The translations under genes and the position numbers were made by a program. The notes under the pieces were generated by a model. It had not been told where the DNA came from and searched no databases. It saw only the letters and a list, made by a program, of their open reading frames with translations. From Phoronis australis (taxonomy: Eukaryota; Animalia; Phoronida), in NCBI GenBank assembly GCA_002633005.1, contig NMRA01000576.1, positions 52,329 to 116,328 on the forward strand: DNA of 64,000 nucleotides, read 5' to 3'. Shown piece by piece: positions 1 through 11,582 of this stretch (its first letter is position 1; every line of letters starts with the position of its first letter).

Positions 1-865
1 TTTTCTGATTGGTTAGGTCTATTGCGTAGAAAAGTAGGGCGTTCGATTGGCATGGTGACTTACACCAGTGTGCTGAACTTGAAAAGAATTCCTTGAAAAA
101 TGCAGGAGATATAACATTTTGAACGTTAGATGACCTTTGCACTAATTGACCCTATCCGGTGCATTATAAGCGTCTTTAAGAGAATTATTGCATAGCCCGT
201 GAAAAGTGTGTTTAATACTGAGAACCACAGTTGTCTAACGGTTGACACATCAAAATACTTGGTGAATGAAAAGGACAAATTTTCAGAAGAAAAATGCACC
301 TAATGACCCCATGGCTGTACTAAATGACTTGAAACTTTGTATTTCGAATTGAATTAGACGCACCAATCAGACTTGTGAATTTGAAGTGTCTAGCTCAAAA
401 TTTTACTTTGCACTCAATGACCTTTGACCTATTTTCTCTGATTGGAGGGCCCTACTGCTTAGTAAAGTAGGCTATTTCATTGGCATGTAGGTTTACACCA
501 ATGTGCTGGATTTGAAGAGAATTCCTTGAAAAATGTAGAAGAAATAACCTTTTCAAAAGTAAATGACCTTTGCACTAATTGACCCAATCCCGTGCATTAC
601 AAGCCCTTTTAGTAGAACTATTGCAAAGTACGTGAAAATTATATTTAATGCTGGGAATCACAGTTGTCTAACGGTTGACACATCAGAATACTTGGTGAAT
701 GAAAAGGACAAATTTTTAGAAGAAAAATGCACCCAATGACCCCAGGTTTGCACTAAATGACCTAAAAATTTGGATTCTGAATTGAATTTCCTGTGCCAAT
801 CAGACCTGTGAATTTGAAGTGTCTAGTTCAAAATTTTAGTTTGCACCTAATGACCTTTGACCTGT
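1..865 (-). mobile_element. Internal tandem-repeat region (about 2 x 430 bp) of a HINE/DINE-1-like element, family B; partial
   Basis: Two diverged units start at about 1 and 432 (ttttc(tc)tgattgg). The region is the reverse complement of the internal repeats at about 14755-15430. Confidence 0.8.
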
Positions 866-1435
866 TTAAGGAGACTGCCACCCGATTTAATTAGTTTTTT
901 TGCCGTCTTAATCGGTCTATATCCACATCGCCTTGCATACGGTCGACCTTACCTTGCCAAGAGGTGTCGCGTTAACCTGTGAGGAAGGTGAGAAACTACG
1001 CTAGCGACGTCAGTGGTTCATATGCAGAGTGAATGCCGCTATGTTGCGGTGCATCGTTCCCGCTTGTCTGAACTAAGCAGCTGCGAGGAAAGCGGGTATA
1101 TCGTTTTTTTTACTTCCTCGAGAGTCCGAAATGCTTAGGAAGTGGCTCATGGTAGTGAAGAATGAAATGTACGCTGTAAATAGCAGGTATGAGGCCGTGA
1201 AACATCTCCGTGTCTGTGGTCTGCAGACGTCGACAGTGCCTGACGAATGCCGGCTTACAAAATACTTCCATACGTTCCGTTGTCTGAGCTTATTCACGGT
1301 ACCTCTCTAGTATTTCTTCATCACTGTATTCCTGTTCGAATTGATAGCCTGTAAAACTTAACGATCCACCTGCGAAGTCGGGAGTGATGAGCTCTAGCTA
1401 TAGTCCTAAGTCGGGATTGCGAGTTGTCATGTTGG
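866..1435 (-). mobile_element. Possible degenerate Kolobok-like DNA transposon end with a decayed accessory ORF
   Basis: The HINE repeat stops abruptly at TTAA-GGAGAC. Broken minus-strand peptides (GYQFEQEYSDEEILERY; YLLFTAYISF...IPA) loosely resemble the KolX/P2X7-ballast-like accessory protein. No partner TIR was found. Confidence 0.25.
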
Positions 1436-2475
1436 CGTTTATTACTGAGCGTTCTGTTTCAAAATGAATTATTCTCACCCTAACCAATACTTATATAAAA
1501 CTGAAACAAAGTCTGTCTCATTAGAAGCAATTTGTAACACATTTGGAGTGTTCGTGAGTGCAAATGATTTGAGAAGCCAGCAATGAATAAATCACTGCGT
1601 TACCGGCTTTACTTTTTGACGGGACACCGAGGCCGTTTGAGCTCATGCTAATTTATTGTTTGCTTGCAGAAACTGTTGTGAAACAACTCTATTTCCATCC
1701 CACGGCCAGGTGTTAGGGGAATCTTTATTTACATTTACATTACTCAAATAATGAATGTCAATGTACAACTTCTGCCCTGACGGTGCTGTGGCCAAAGCGG
1801 AACCTGAATTCGCGGCCCCCCGGACGAGTAAGTAGATTTGCAGTTTCGTGGCTAATTCACCAACATAATCACGTGCACATTACTTTGGCTCACTAGTGTA
1901 GTATTTTCTTGACTGGAAGTTTAGTTTCCACTGAACTTTGGCTGGTCAGTTTCCGAACCACTGGCCGCCGGGGATAACGAGTCAATCCGGCCGGCCGCGA
2001 CGGACCTGATCGGGCTCCGAGCCACTGGCCAGGATAACAAGCGTTTTGTGTTTAGAACTAAAAAAATCAAAAGTCTAAACAACACAAATCAAAGTTCTCG
2101 TGTCTGTATCTCACGGAAAATACTTCGAAATTATCTCGGAACAGGCCCCAAACTCCTGCTACGGACCTTATTGGCCTGCCGAACTTTGTAGGCTACGGTG
2201 TGTCCAAATACCAATAAATCTGTAAGAGCGAAATTATAAGAATTAACTCGGTGTATTTTTAAGGGTTTTACATCGAAGTTTGATGATTTATTGGTGTTAA
2301 AACGATGACTTCAAGCGATAAGCTGACACCAGTAACCCGTACAGACTGCGTGTGAAACCGATGACATCATTGGATAATTTCAACACCTCAGTCTACCGTC
2401 AGGTGTCAGGTAACGCAACCGTACGTGTCGTTATGGAGTAGAACTACTCGATCTAAATTGATACAAATTAGGTTG

Positions 2476-3853
2476 TTACTTGGCGAAATAAATTTTGCCA
2501 AGTATGTTGCTCTGACACTAAGTTTGTTTTTACTTGGCGAAATAAATTTCGCCAAGTATGTTGCTCTTCCACTAAGTTTTTTTTTGTTTGTTCGCACGAT
2601 ACAGGTCGCAATTTTCGTCCGATCATCACGAAATTTACACACAACACGTACTTCCGGAAGTACTGGAAGCCTATTGTTTTTCGTCAAAATCGGATCCAAT
2701 ATGGCGGCTGTGGCGGCCATTTTGTTTCCATTTAAAGGTTCAAATGCTTCTGGAGGCTACAATTTTTTACGTAAAAGGCTAAGAATCGGCACAGTAAATG
2801 GACCGGGAGTTTGCTACAAGTAGGCCGGAAATTGTTTACTTCCGGTTAAAGATGGCAGAAATATCTGCGATCGCGCATGCGCACCTCGATTTTGGCCTAA
2901 AAACGTTTTCCTCTAGAGGGCGCATTATCAGACCAATTCCTTCAAACTTTTACAGGTATTAGTTTCTTATGACATGCTATTATACAAAACCAAAAAACCG
3001 GAAGTTGCTTTCAAGATGGCGGATCTGGCTCATGTTGACCCATTTTCAGTCGTGCTGGAGTGCGATTTTAAACGGGAAAAGAAAAAGAAGTGATTTTTCG
3101 CATGTGGATTCTTTGAAGTATATTCTTTCAAATGGCCTGTAACAATTTTTTTCTCAGACTTACCGTTTTCGAGTTATTTGACTTTGAATTTCTTAAAAAA
3201 ATCAAAATTTCATTTTTTTCGAAAAATTTACAGAATTAGGCGATACCATCACTTTAGATAGAATTTTGAACGGGCTTTCAGAAGATGTTTTCCATTTTTC
3301 GCTACGACGTCTACTTTTTGAGTTACTTGAGATTTTCTGATAACGCTGTTCCTTTGTTGATCGCTCTGGCTGCATGGATGTTGGTTTACCTTCTATGAAC
3401 TAGACTGTAGCCTATTTCTTATGGATTTATGACATCTAAGTTCATCATATGAATGCTGAGATGTTGTTCATCATCGCCACCACCATCATCATATTCGTCA
3501 TCATCGTCATCATCTCCGTCATCATCTCCGTCTTTGTCTTTTCCGTTAATTTCGCCAAGTGTCGCTCAAGACTGTAGCCTTTTTCTTACTGATTTCGGAC
3601 TTCTACGTTCGTCATGTGTATGTTATTATTACTTCTTTTGTTCATCCTCACCACCAACGTCGTCATATTCGTCATCTTCATCATCATCTTTATCGTTATC
3701 TTTTTGGTTAATTTCGCCAAGGTTCGCTCCTCGGAGCGCTTTCATTTTTGTTTGTTCGCACGATACAGGTCGCAATTTTCGTCCGATCATCACGAAATTT
3801 ACACATAGCACGTAGTTCTGGAAGTACTGGAAGCCTATTGTTTTTCGTCAAAA
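2476..3853 (+). mobile_element. HINE/DINE-1-like element, family C, outer copy; interrupted by a copy of itself and 3'-truncated
   Basis: 5' end TTACTTGGCGAAA-taa-TTTTGCCAAGT hairpin at 2476, followed by a T-rich tract. The sequence resumes at about 3749 with gtttgttcgcacgatacagg, matching the inner copy at 2586. Confidence 0.7.
2530..3748 (+). mobile_element. HINE/DINE-1-like element, family C, complete inner copy
   Basis: 5' hairpin ACTTGGCGAAA/TTTCGCCAAGT, 3' subterminal repeat TTTCGCCAAG (3712-3721), 3' hairpin CGCTCC-tc-GGAGCG (3725-3738) and T-rich flanks without a TSD. A ~165 bp (TCA)-rich unit is duplicated near the 3' end. Confidence 0.75.
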
Positions 3854-4143
3854 CGCGCAGAGTAAAAATTCGTAGAACAGTAAAACTCTGCGCTTGCACG
3901 CGCAGCAATAATAAGAAGATAAAATACGTAGAACAGTAAAACTCTGCGCTTGAACGCGCAGAGTAATAATAAGAACTAGAATGCAATTGCATATGCGCAC
4001 TTACAACTATGCGCGTGGTGAACAAGAAGAATCAGAATAAGAATATGAAGGTAAAATACGTAGAACAGTAAAACTCTGCACTGAATGCGCAGAGTAATAA
4101 GAATAAAATTGAAGAAAACCCATGCAGGAACAACAGTACTCTG
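3853..4143 (-). mobile_element. Stack of HINE family A/B termini, including a ~126 bp mini-HINE (3975-4100)
   Basis: On the minus strand: a family B 5' remnant (4101-4143), a mini element with 5' hairpin, microsatellite, 3' subTIR/hairpin and CTAGT end, then two more family A 5' ends. All match the termini at 13301-13420 and 14425-14470. Confidence 0.8.
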
Positions 4144-5028
4144 AGTAAAAACTTGTAACGAAATGAAACCATTAATTTTGGCGGCGACAGGCCCGCTGAA
4201 TTATATAAGCAACAGAAGCCGGAGGGAGTGAAATTAAGCCGGCGGAGTGACGTCACCCAGGCCGTTGAGCCGACGGACTGTCGTCACCAAGGCCAGTACG
4301 AAATTGGCCACCCTCTCTCCGCGTCCGCTATAAAACGGCCCGCGAGAAAAAAACAGAACACCTCGAATCCAAATAGGGGGCCAGTGCAATACCTGGGACC
4401 AAGGCTGCTCCGAAACGGGTGGAACGAAGGTCTGTAGTGGAGGGGGGAGACGGAGTTTGTGCAAACGATGCATTTTGTATGATAGATAATAAGATACTGA
4501 ACGAGAAACATTGCAATGAATCGACCTTTCTCGACTCGCTTCGGCTTTGGAACTACTTTCTATGTCAAAGGCCCAGGGTCGGAGGTCGTGACCTATTAAG
4601 AAAAGCCGAGCTATTTTTGTCAAATAATGCTTTTACTCAAAACCAATTGAAAACTAAAACAAAATATAAATAAAGTGAATCTATAAATTAAGGTTTAGCA
4701 ACTATTATAACTTACTACACATTTTATCACGCTAAGCTTCGACCAGGAAAATATCGTCTACTAAAGTAGGTTACCTCTAGTAACTGGCTATAATGCTCAA
4801 GTCAAAGGATCCCGACGACACGATACCCGCATTCAAATTCGAGATCGGTGATTTACAAGTGAGGGAACACGAGAGAAAAATTTCACTGAATTAAAATATC
4901 GTTTTTATGGAAATTATGCGTCTTATTTTTCATAGCGTATAATTGTCGGTGCAATGCCCTTTGCTGAACATGCGATTGTAGCGCGTGCTCATTTTAATAC
5001 TCTATTTTCACGTTCGATGACGTCAGCC

Positions 5029-5097
5029 GCTGAGTTGTTTAGTTGTAAAGTCGGCGACTCGAAGCTCTTGAGGCCCGGGTTCGAATCCGGCCTCGGT
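5029..5097 (+). pseudogene. tRNA-derived sequence (tRNA pseudogene or SINE head)
   Basis: Perfect Pol III B-box GGTTCGAATCC at 5078-5088 and a degenerate A-box TGTTTAGTTGT. GCTGAG can pair with CTCGGT as an acceptor stem, but the anticodon arm pairs poorly. Confidence 0.5.
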
Positions 5098-5549
5098 TTC
5101 AAGCCAAAATGTTTTCTCACTAATGAGATAAATTTATGGGTTATTACACTGTTGTATCTGCCAGTCGAGGCTAATATTGTGGTATAAATAGAAATATGCT
5201 TGAAGTCATTGACACATTTATTTTAATGACGTAGTCAATTCCCACCACCACGTGGATCAGCAAAAGCAGATAATGCTGTTTGATAGACCTGAACGTTATG
5301 TGAACACTTAAATTACAAAGCAGGTACTGTATCACTGTTTTTGGAGTCGCATGTAGGCAACTAGTGATCAAGTGTTGTTGGTTCCCTTATATAAAAGTAA
5401 AATGTCAGACTTATATACTGTACGGTAAACGGATAATAAGAAAAATATCGTCACGCCATGTTGTATTGACTACAGTCTATGTCCACCTCAAGCTACTGTA
5501 CAAAAGTAACTTTAAAAATAGTGTCAAGTTTTCACTGAAGCAGTGATAG

Positions 5550-6677
5550 CTTCTTTTTGGTAGATCAGTTAACACTTGTTGCCACTGTAAGACCACTGCC
5601 CTCAAGGCAATGGACTGGGTGGCCCCCTGGAAGTCAAGTTTGTACACGCTTGTACTTCTCTCAAGTATCTGCTAATTATGGACGCCAGTGGCAATGGAGT
5701 ATAGACCTTTCTTAATCTTTGAACGCATACTTCTTAGATTTCTTATTGAAGTACCTGTGTAGCCTCTACGTGTCAACGATTGTGAATAGTTGGAATAAAA
5801 TTGAGCACTGAAACACTAAAACCAAAGATACATTGCAAAGAAAACCACCAGTGGGTACAAGTAGGCCTAATGATAAGCGTACCTATGCCACTGACTGAAT
5901 GCTAGTATCAACAAGTGTGAGAGTTTGCAAATTAGAAAGATGATGCAAGAACTAATGCACATATTGCCATTTGGCATCACAAATGTTGATGGCCATTGCA
6001 AAACACTTCGTGGTTTACATGGACCTAGAGCTCTAAGACTGGAAATTTAACCCAAGGCAACATGGTTATGTACCAAGTGCTACTCAGCAGCCGTTGCATG
6101 AATATAAAGCTACCACATAACTGGTTTTTCAAGCTCAAACAAAGTTCATACTACCATCACCCACCTATCAGTAAGCAATAAGAAACAAACATTCACAGAC
6201 GATAGAGTTGCGTTGTTTCAGAACAATTACTGTGGCTAGAAAACCCAGTTCTATATCCATGCAGCTTAACTTTTGATTTTAACCACTTACCAGCATTAAA
6301 TTGACCTCGGCTTTTTCCTTATTCAGATGAGAAATAATTTTTGGTCTTGCAAAGAAGTGGCAGTTCCTTTTGGTTAGTGCGTTTTGAGCATGTAAAAGGG
6401 GGCGCACGCGCACTTGCTGTGCGAGTTCTTTATGAAGTCATTTGATGAATTATATGACATGTTACCCCACTAAGCACAGAAGAGTGGTGTCCATGGATCT
6501 AGTCAAGAGTAAAAGAATCCGGAAGAACTCGTCGTTCCGTCAGTATTGTAACAGTAAAGGCGAAACATTGTTACGTTAGCATGTGGTTTGTTTACAATCC
6601 ACAATGCCTTCATTAATTAATACGTGTTGTAGTGGTAAAATTAGAGGTAGTAGGCGTCCAAAGCCCACCGTATCACC
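5550..6677 (-). mobile_element. Highly degenerate Kolobok-like transposase remnant
   Basis: Ends in CC-TTAA (6676-6681). Broken minus-strand peptides: THAP-like QCFA..CYNTDG...FF (about 6580-6470), C...W.S..MPNGNMCISSCIIF (about 6020-5935) and RYFNKKSKKY (about 5760-5725). Many stops and frameshifts. Confidence 0.3.
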
Positions 6678-6825
6678 TTAAGCACTGAACGTAACTTACG
6701 GTGCGTAGGCGCTACGTTCAAATGTCAAAAGATGACTGGCTGCGCCTACGTGCGCCTACGCCTCACTACAGCACTGTAATTACAGGATCCTTTGAAATTA
6801 GACGTTCTTTTTTCTCTTTTGTTAG

Positions 6826-7424
6826 TAATCTGAGGACCAACGTGAATGAGGAAAGAAGACGTTTGCTCAAACTGAAAACTGTTGGGAACGTGAACATTGC
6901 TGTTTTTGGACCTAAAGGTGTGGGGAAAAGCTCACTCATCAATGGCATCATCGCTGCAGTGACACAGGAAGGTTATCGCGAAATTACAACCACTGGACTC
7001 ATGGAGAACACTAATGCTGTAACACAATGTTTCCAAGGGTTTACTCGCTGTGGAACTGATCGTCGTGAAGACCTGAGAGAAAATGAAGAATTACTGCATG
7101 AAATGAAGAATTTACCACGGTTGATCGACATACCAGGTTTCTCAGAAGAAAATAGTCCAGCCTACCAAGAGTTACTCAAAGCGGTGTTGTTTGGTCGAAT
7201 TAAAGACGGCGATTCGCTCCGTGAGGCGATCGAAGATGCTGGGACAGATCCAGATAACAGGCGGGCAATATTGGATCGTTTCCCCGTTGAAGAGGCAGGT
7301 GAAGAGTGGAAGGCACATCGACTTGTTTTTGTTGCTTCTACTGTTGGTGGCTTTCCCGAAAGTTTGATTCAGCTGGTAAACAATGTAGCGACATCTAGAG
7401 GCGAATGCCGCATGAGCCAACCCG
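6826..7424 (+). CDS. IFI44/IFI44L-like P-loop GTPase, internal coding exon (G1-G3)
   Basis: Polypyrimidine tract and TTAG acceptor at 6822-6825, open frame, GTAAGT donor at 7425. Contains G1 NIAVFGPKGVGKSSLIN, G3 LIDIPG and HRLVFV, spaced as in the IFI44 family. Upstream exon(s) not identified. Confidence 0.85.
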
Positions 7425-7796
7425 GTAAGTTGATAGTTTTGCTTATAATTATAGGAATTGAGCTGGTTGCAACAGAATAAAGATTAACAGCACACAAAGT
7501 TTGGATAGTTGGAAATGTTCTTCAAAGAAATTGCTTATTAAACATGACATTTGATCTTATTACGATACCACGCCAAATATTATTAAATGGACTAGCGGTA
7601 GTGCTTTCGACCTGACAGAGTTGCATTTTTTCCAACTGTCGAATCAAAGTCCTGCCATTCATAAGCGGTTACAGTATTTACTTCAATAAAATTTAATACC
7701 ATAACCTCTTAGTGTACTGACAGGTCACGTGATTTTCTATTTTGTAAATCATAGTACGTCACAGTTGCTTCTTTAAAGTTCTTCTCTCACGCGTTG

Positions 7797-10506
7797 TTAA
7801 CCCTTATTACATGGTTAGAGGATGTTATAAGGATCCAAGAAGTATCTACCCCATAACTAATACACGATCCGTACTCGAAAAAAGTTTAAATGAACGCGCC
7901 ACTCACGATTCGCACCCGAAGAACCACCGCCATTTTGAACTTGCTGCGAACGCGGAAGTACAATGCATTCAGGAACCCAGGCCGAGAAAACGCCGTCAGT
8001 GCGACTGGAGCAGTGCCTGTACTGTTACCAGCCAGCAAACGGGGATAAAATAATCGACAGCGAGCCTTAATTTTAATAAAATCAAAATACAGACAATTTT
8101 ACCGAATTTGCTGAAGAAATGTGGCGAATAAATTTTGACAGAAATTATTTTGCCAGACTCGGGATCGCAGCCTATCAGACCCGGTGCGGATCGAGACCAG
8201 ACACTGGCGAACGGTAGGCTAAATGCATGCGGGTGCAAGCTGTTTTGTCGAAGTAAAATGGTCAAATCATAAATGCTGCATATATTCAAGGGTAGTTTCA
8301 GAAACTTGCATGAAATTACGGGCTGGTTAGTCCTGTGTCACACTGCCGCGGCAGACCTTAGTTAGCCTCAGTCACCAGCTACCAGTGAAGACTATCGTCA
8401 AAATACAGCTTGTTAGTAGGCCTATACAGCTTTGCGCCAAGGCTACCCTTAGGCCTAACTGGTCGCTGGCCACAGCGCTCGCTCAAACGAGGTTTACTTA
8501 GAACTTGGGTACTTCTGGCGAACTGTGCAAAGTTGTTGGCTTTCAATAGAGATTTTCCCAGACTTTGTATGAGCGCACCAAGCCTAAAAGAATGGGGGGC
8601 TGGAATTTTTGGGAATGTCTATCTTTTACTATACGATTCAGTGGGTATGTTCAGAGCTATGAATTGCAGACTCTAAATTTTGGTACTTCCTGTCTTCTAG
8701 TGGAATATTGTCTCATTTTCTATTTTTTCGGAATTCGTGCTTCTGTGACTGAGGCAGACCCTTTTCCAGTTCTCCAAAAAGGGGGCTCGTTCGAGCACAT
8801 AAGTATGAGAAGTCCAATACAACATGTTATCATTTTTTATTCATTAACCCAAAATGATTCAAACTTTTAACATAATAAGTAACTTAAAATGCACAATACT
8901 TTACAACATTTAGCATTGCAAACACTATTCAACAGCAACAGTTTCAATTATATGAAAGTGGACATACATGTAACTATTACCATGGTGACGGAATAGTGTT
9001 TCCTTACACCAGAATTTGACAAGCATCATTGAAAAAATATGAAGTTGCAAGTAACAAGAATTAGAGGCTTGAAGCTTCACAATCCAACATAGCTTATTTC
9101 TCAAATTAAGATTATTCATATTGTTAACTTGATAACCTGAATTAAGAAGCAATAAGTTACAAAACATGACTTGAAAGCAATTGAGACTTCAAATTTAGAA
9201 AAATATGAATCATTTTGTGACACCGAATCAAGTCTTGAAAAGGAGTTACAGTCAAACAAAAAACATTTCAAAATTATTTCAACTATTTTTTAGCTTAGTG
9301 TAAGATCACCTGAATGTTTTTGCACAAAAAACACGAAAATTGAACAAATTTTCTTTTTTGTAGCAACGTTTGTCAAAATGTTTCAACGTTAAATCTTCAC
9401 AAGTTACAAAGTAGCCGATTGAACATGCCTTTCAGTTCAGCAAAAGTCGCCATGTTGTCGGTGCCGCCAGAAATGAGACGAAGTCCAACGGGAATTGTGA
9501 GCACATTTATCACTTAATGAGTAACAACTGCGAGGCTGAAATTTAGTGAACACTGTTAAATCGTGCAGAATAGTAAGTAAAGATATGTCTAACTAAATTT
9601 CACCGTCATTTGTTGGCGAAAACAATTTACACAAAGTTTTAAACTCGTAACTTTTCCCGCTGTCCTCCAATATGGCCGACGCGATCCAAACAAAGTGACT
9701 CAAATTTCGACACAAAACTTGCAATAACTTTACACTGCTTGCCCTGATTCTGATACTTTTTCGATTTTTACTGAGTAGAATGCACTACCTTTCCGATGAT
9801 AGCAAAGTACTTTTTCAAAACGATAAAAAATAAAACCGAAAAAAATAGGTTCGACCCAAATTGGTTCCTAGGTTCGACCGGCCTACGTAAGGAACTAAAC
9901 ACCAATGCTATTTTAACATACTAAGTACGCGTAACATTCCAAAAAACATCAACGACCACTAACTACAAACTATAAATACACTACACATGCAAACGAATCA
10001 CGAGATATTACTAAGAAAACAAAATAATGAAGACTTTTCGAGCAAGCGGTAGCACATTCAGTTACAAGGAAAAAATGGCGGCTTTCAGGACAAGTTCCTG
10101 AACTGATGAGCCGGAAATGTGGGTACAGAAATAACCGATGACAACCGGTAATCATACGCTCAGAGAGAAGGGTCAAATACTGTTCAAAAATCGCTTTTGG
10201 CAAGAAAGGCGAAAAGAATATAAAGAAAGGGTGTCGAAAATAAGATTTTATGTGGTAAGTATTTTCTGATACTGGAACCACATGGGCAGTTCGAGAGAAG
10301 GACTTTAAACAGAATCTGAAGGTGGTCTTATGGGGTAGTGAATTTCAATATGGCGAGACTATCTCGAAATTCAGCTAATTTATGAATGCAGAAGTTTTCG
10401 CACATTTCTGTTTATTATTTAGCATTCCAGTGATGAACAACGCAATCTGAACGTCGAAAGAACTTTTACTCTTTTTTTTTTCAAGACCTCACTTTTATTA
10501 GGGCTA
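7797..10506. mobile_element. Possible old non-autonomous DNA transposon in the GTPase intron
   Basis: Inverted motifs near the ends: CTACCCCATAA (~7846) with TTATGGGGTAG (~10328), CGCCATTTTGAA (~7928) with TTCAATATGGCG (~10344), and weak TAACCCTTATTA with TTATTAGGGCTA. No clear TSD. Confidence 0.3.
8570..8800 (+). repeat. Short interspersed MITE-like repeat, copy 1
   Basis: Collinear similarity to 11583-11840 (agcctaaaa...gttcagagctatgaattg...ctgaggc.gacc.tttt...ggggctc.ttcgagc). Confidence 0.6.
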
Positions 10507-10939
10507 TGCGATACAGGGCATTGCTTTTAAGGTTACCTACATGACAGCAGGCTGGACGTGGATTGTGCAGTTGGAAATAACGAAACTTCAGCTGGTCAAA
10601 AACAGTATACAGTCGTTTATTCAATACTACATGTATTTATGTACAAGCAAGACTGTAATCAGCGTATTATGATAGTCGGTCCTGCATGTAGATATTTGTA
10701 CATACTGAGCGATTGCATTTAACGTCAGATCTTTGGGCTGACGGCGATTGTACCCGGCAATACACACGTTGTATGGTGTAGTGGATCTCTAATATAATGT
10801 TCATTAATATTAGAGACAAACTAGCTCGCAATTGAATATTTATCCAAGAATAGTAATTTACCATGCACCAGTAAGTATGCATGTGGAGTAATTGTATAAG
10901 AATTTATTTCAAATAAACTAGTATGGCTTTCTGTTGTAG

Positions 10940-11424
10940 ATGTTCCAGTGTTTCTTGTCATCACCAAAACCGACCTTAAAGAAAGCACAACGGAATACGA
11001 GAAGAAAAAAACGAAATTGGTTAAGGGGCTCGGCTTAGATGGTAGCGAAGACTTGAAATGTTTTGAAATCACAAATTACACAAGCGCAAATGCCCCGGAG
11101 CGTTTCGATCGCAATTACCCTGAAATCGACATCAATATTTTAAAATTTCTTAGAAAAGTCTCTAATCCTATGTACCAAGTTACAGAACCAAACAACTTTT
11201 TCCACCAGGACCCTGACGGGGGATGGTTGTTGAGGTCAGTTAAACGCGCCTGGGAAACATTGCAGCGTCACCAACGGAAAATTTTGATTTTTCTTTTGAT
11301 TGCGCTGGTTGCGGTGTGTTTGTTATTCACTTTATTCCAAATGAAACCAGGCGAGTGGCTAATTGTTTTTATTACAACCATGGTCGTAGCAGTTTCCGGA
11401 GCACTGGTGGTGATGAGACTATGA
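10940..11424 (+). CDS. IFI44/IFI44L-like GTPase, last coding exon (G4 and two C-terminal hydrophobic helices)
   Basis: Acceptor ctgttgtAG at 10938-10939. The phase-1 splice from 7424 gives in-frame MSQP-D-VPVFLVITKTD (G4 TKxD), then ITNY..EIDINILKFL and two hydrophobic segments before TGA. Confidence 0.85.
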
Positions 11425-11582
11425 AGAGTTTGGAGTGTACCACTACACGTTTTTGGCCTTTGATAAAACAGAACAAATCACGAGACCATTCATTGTTCGA
11501 CATGTATACATACATACTCCCTCAGGCGTTTTGACGAACTTCAGTCAAGCATCATCAATAACTGGTTCCATAACCAAATCAC

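Noticed and set aside
3453-3815. Ser-rich, Asp-rich and hydrophobic ORFs in several frames
   Set aside because: They are translations of the (TCA/TCG) low-complexity repeat inside HINE family C.
3853-4143. Regularly spaced palindromic repeats resembling a CRISPR array
   Set aside because: They are HINE termini that match 13301-14470. The spacers are not unique, there are no cas genes, and the context is eukaryotic.
4154-4719. Possible solo LTR (TGTAACG...TTACTACA with TATA-like and AATAAA signals)
   Set aside because: No target-site duplication and no second copy in the window, so the boundaries are unsupported.
6701-7480. 259-aa ORF as a complete single-exon gene
   Set aside because: Both ends run into intron sequence (acceptor 6825, donor 7425), and the G4 motif lies in the exon at 10940.
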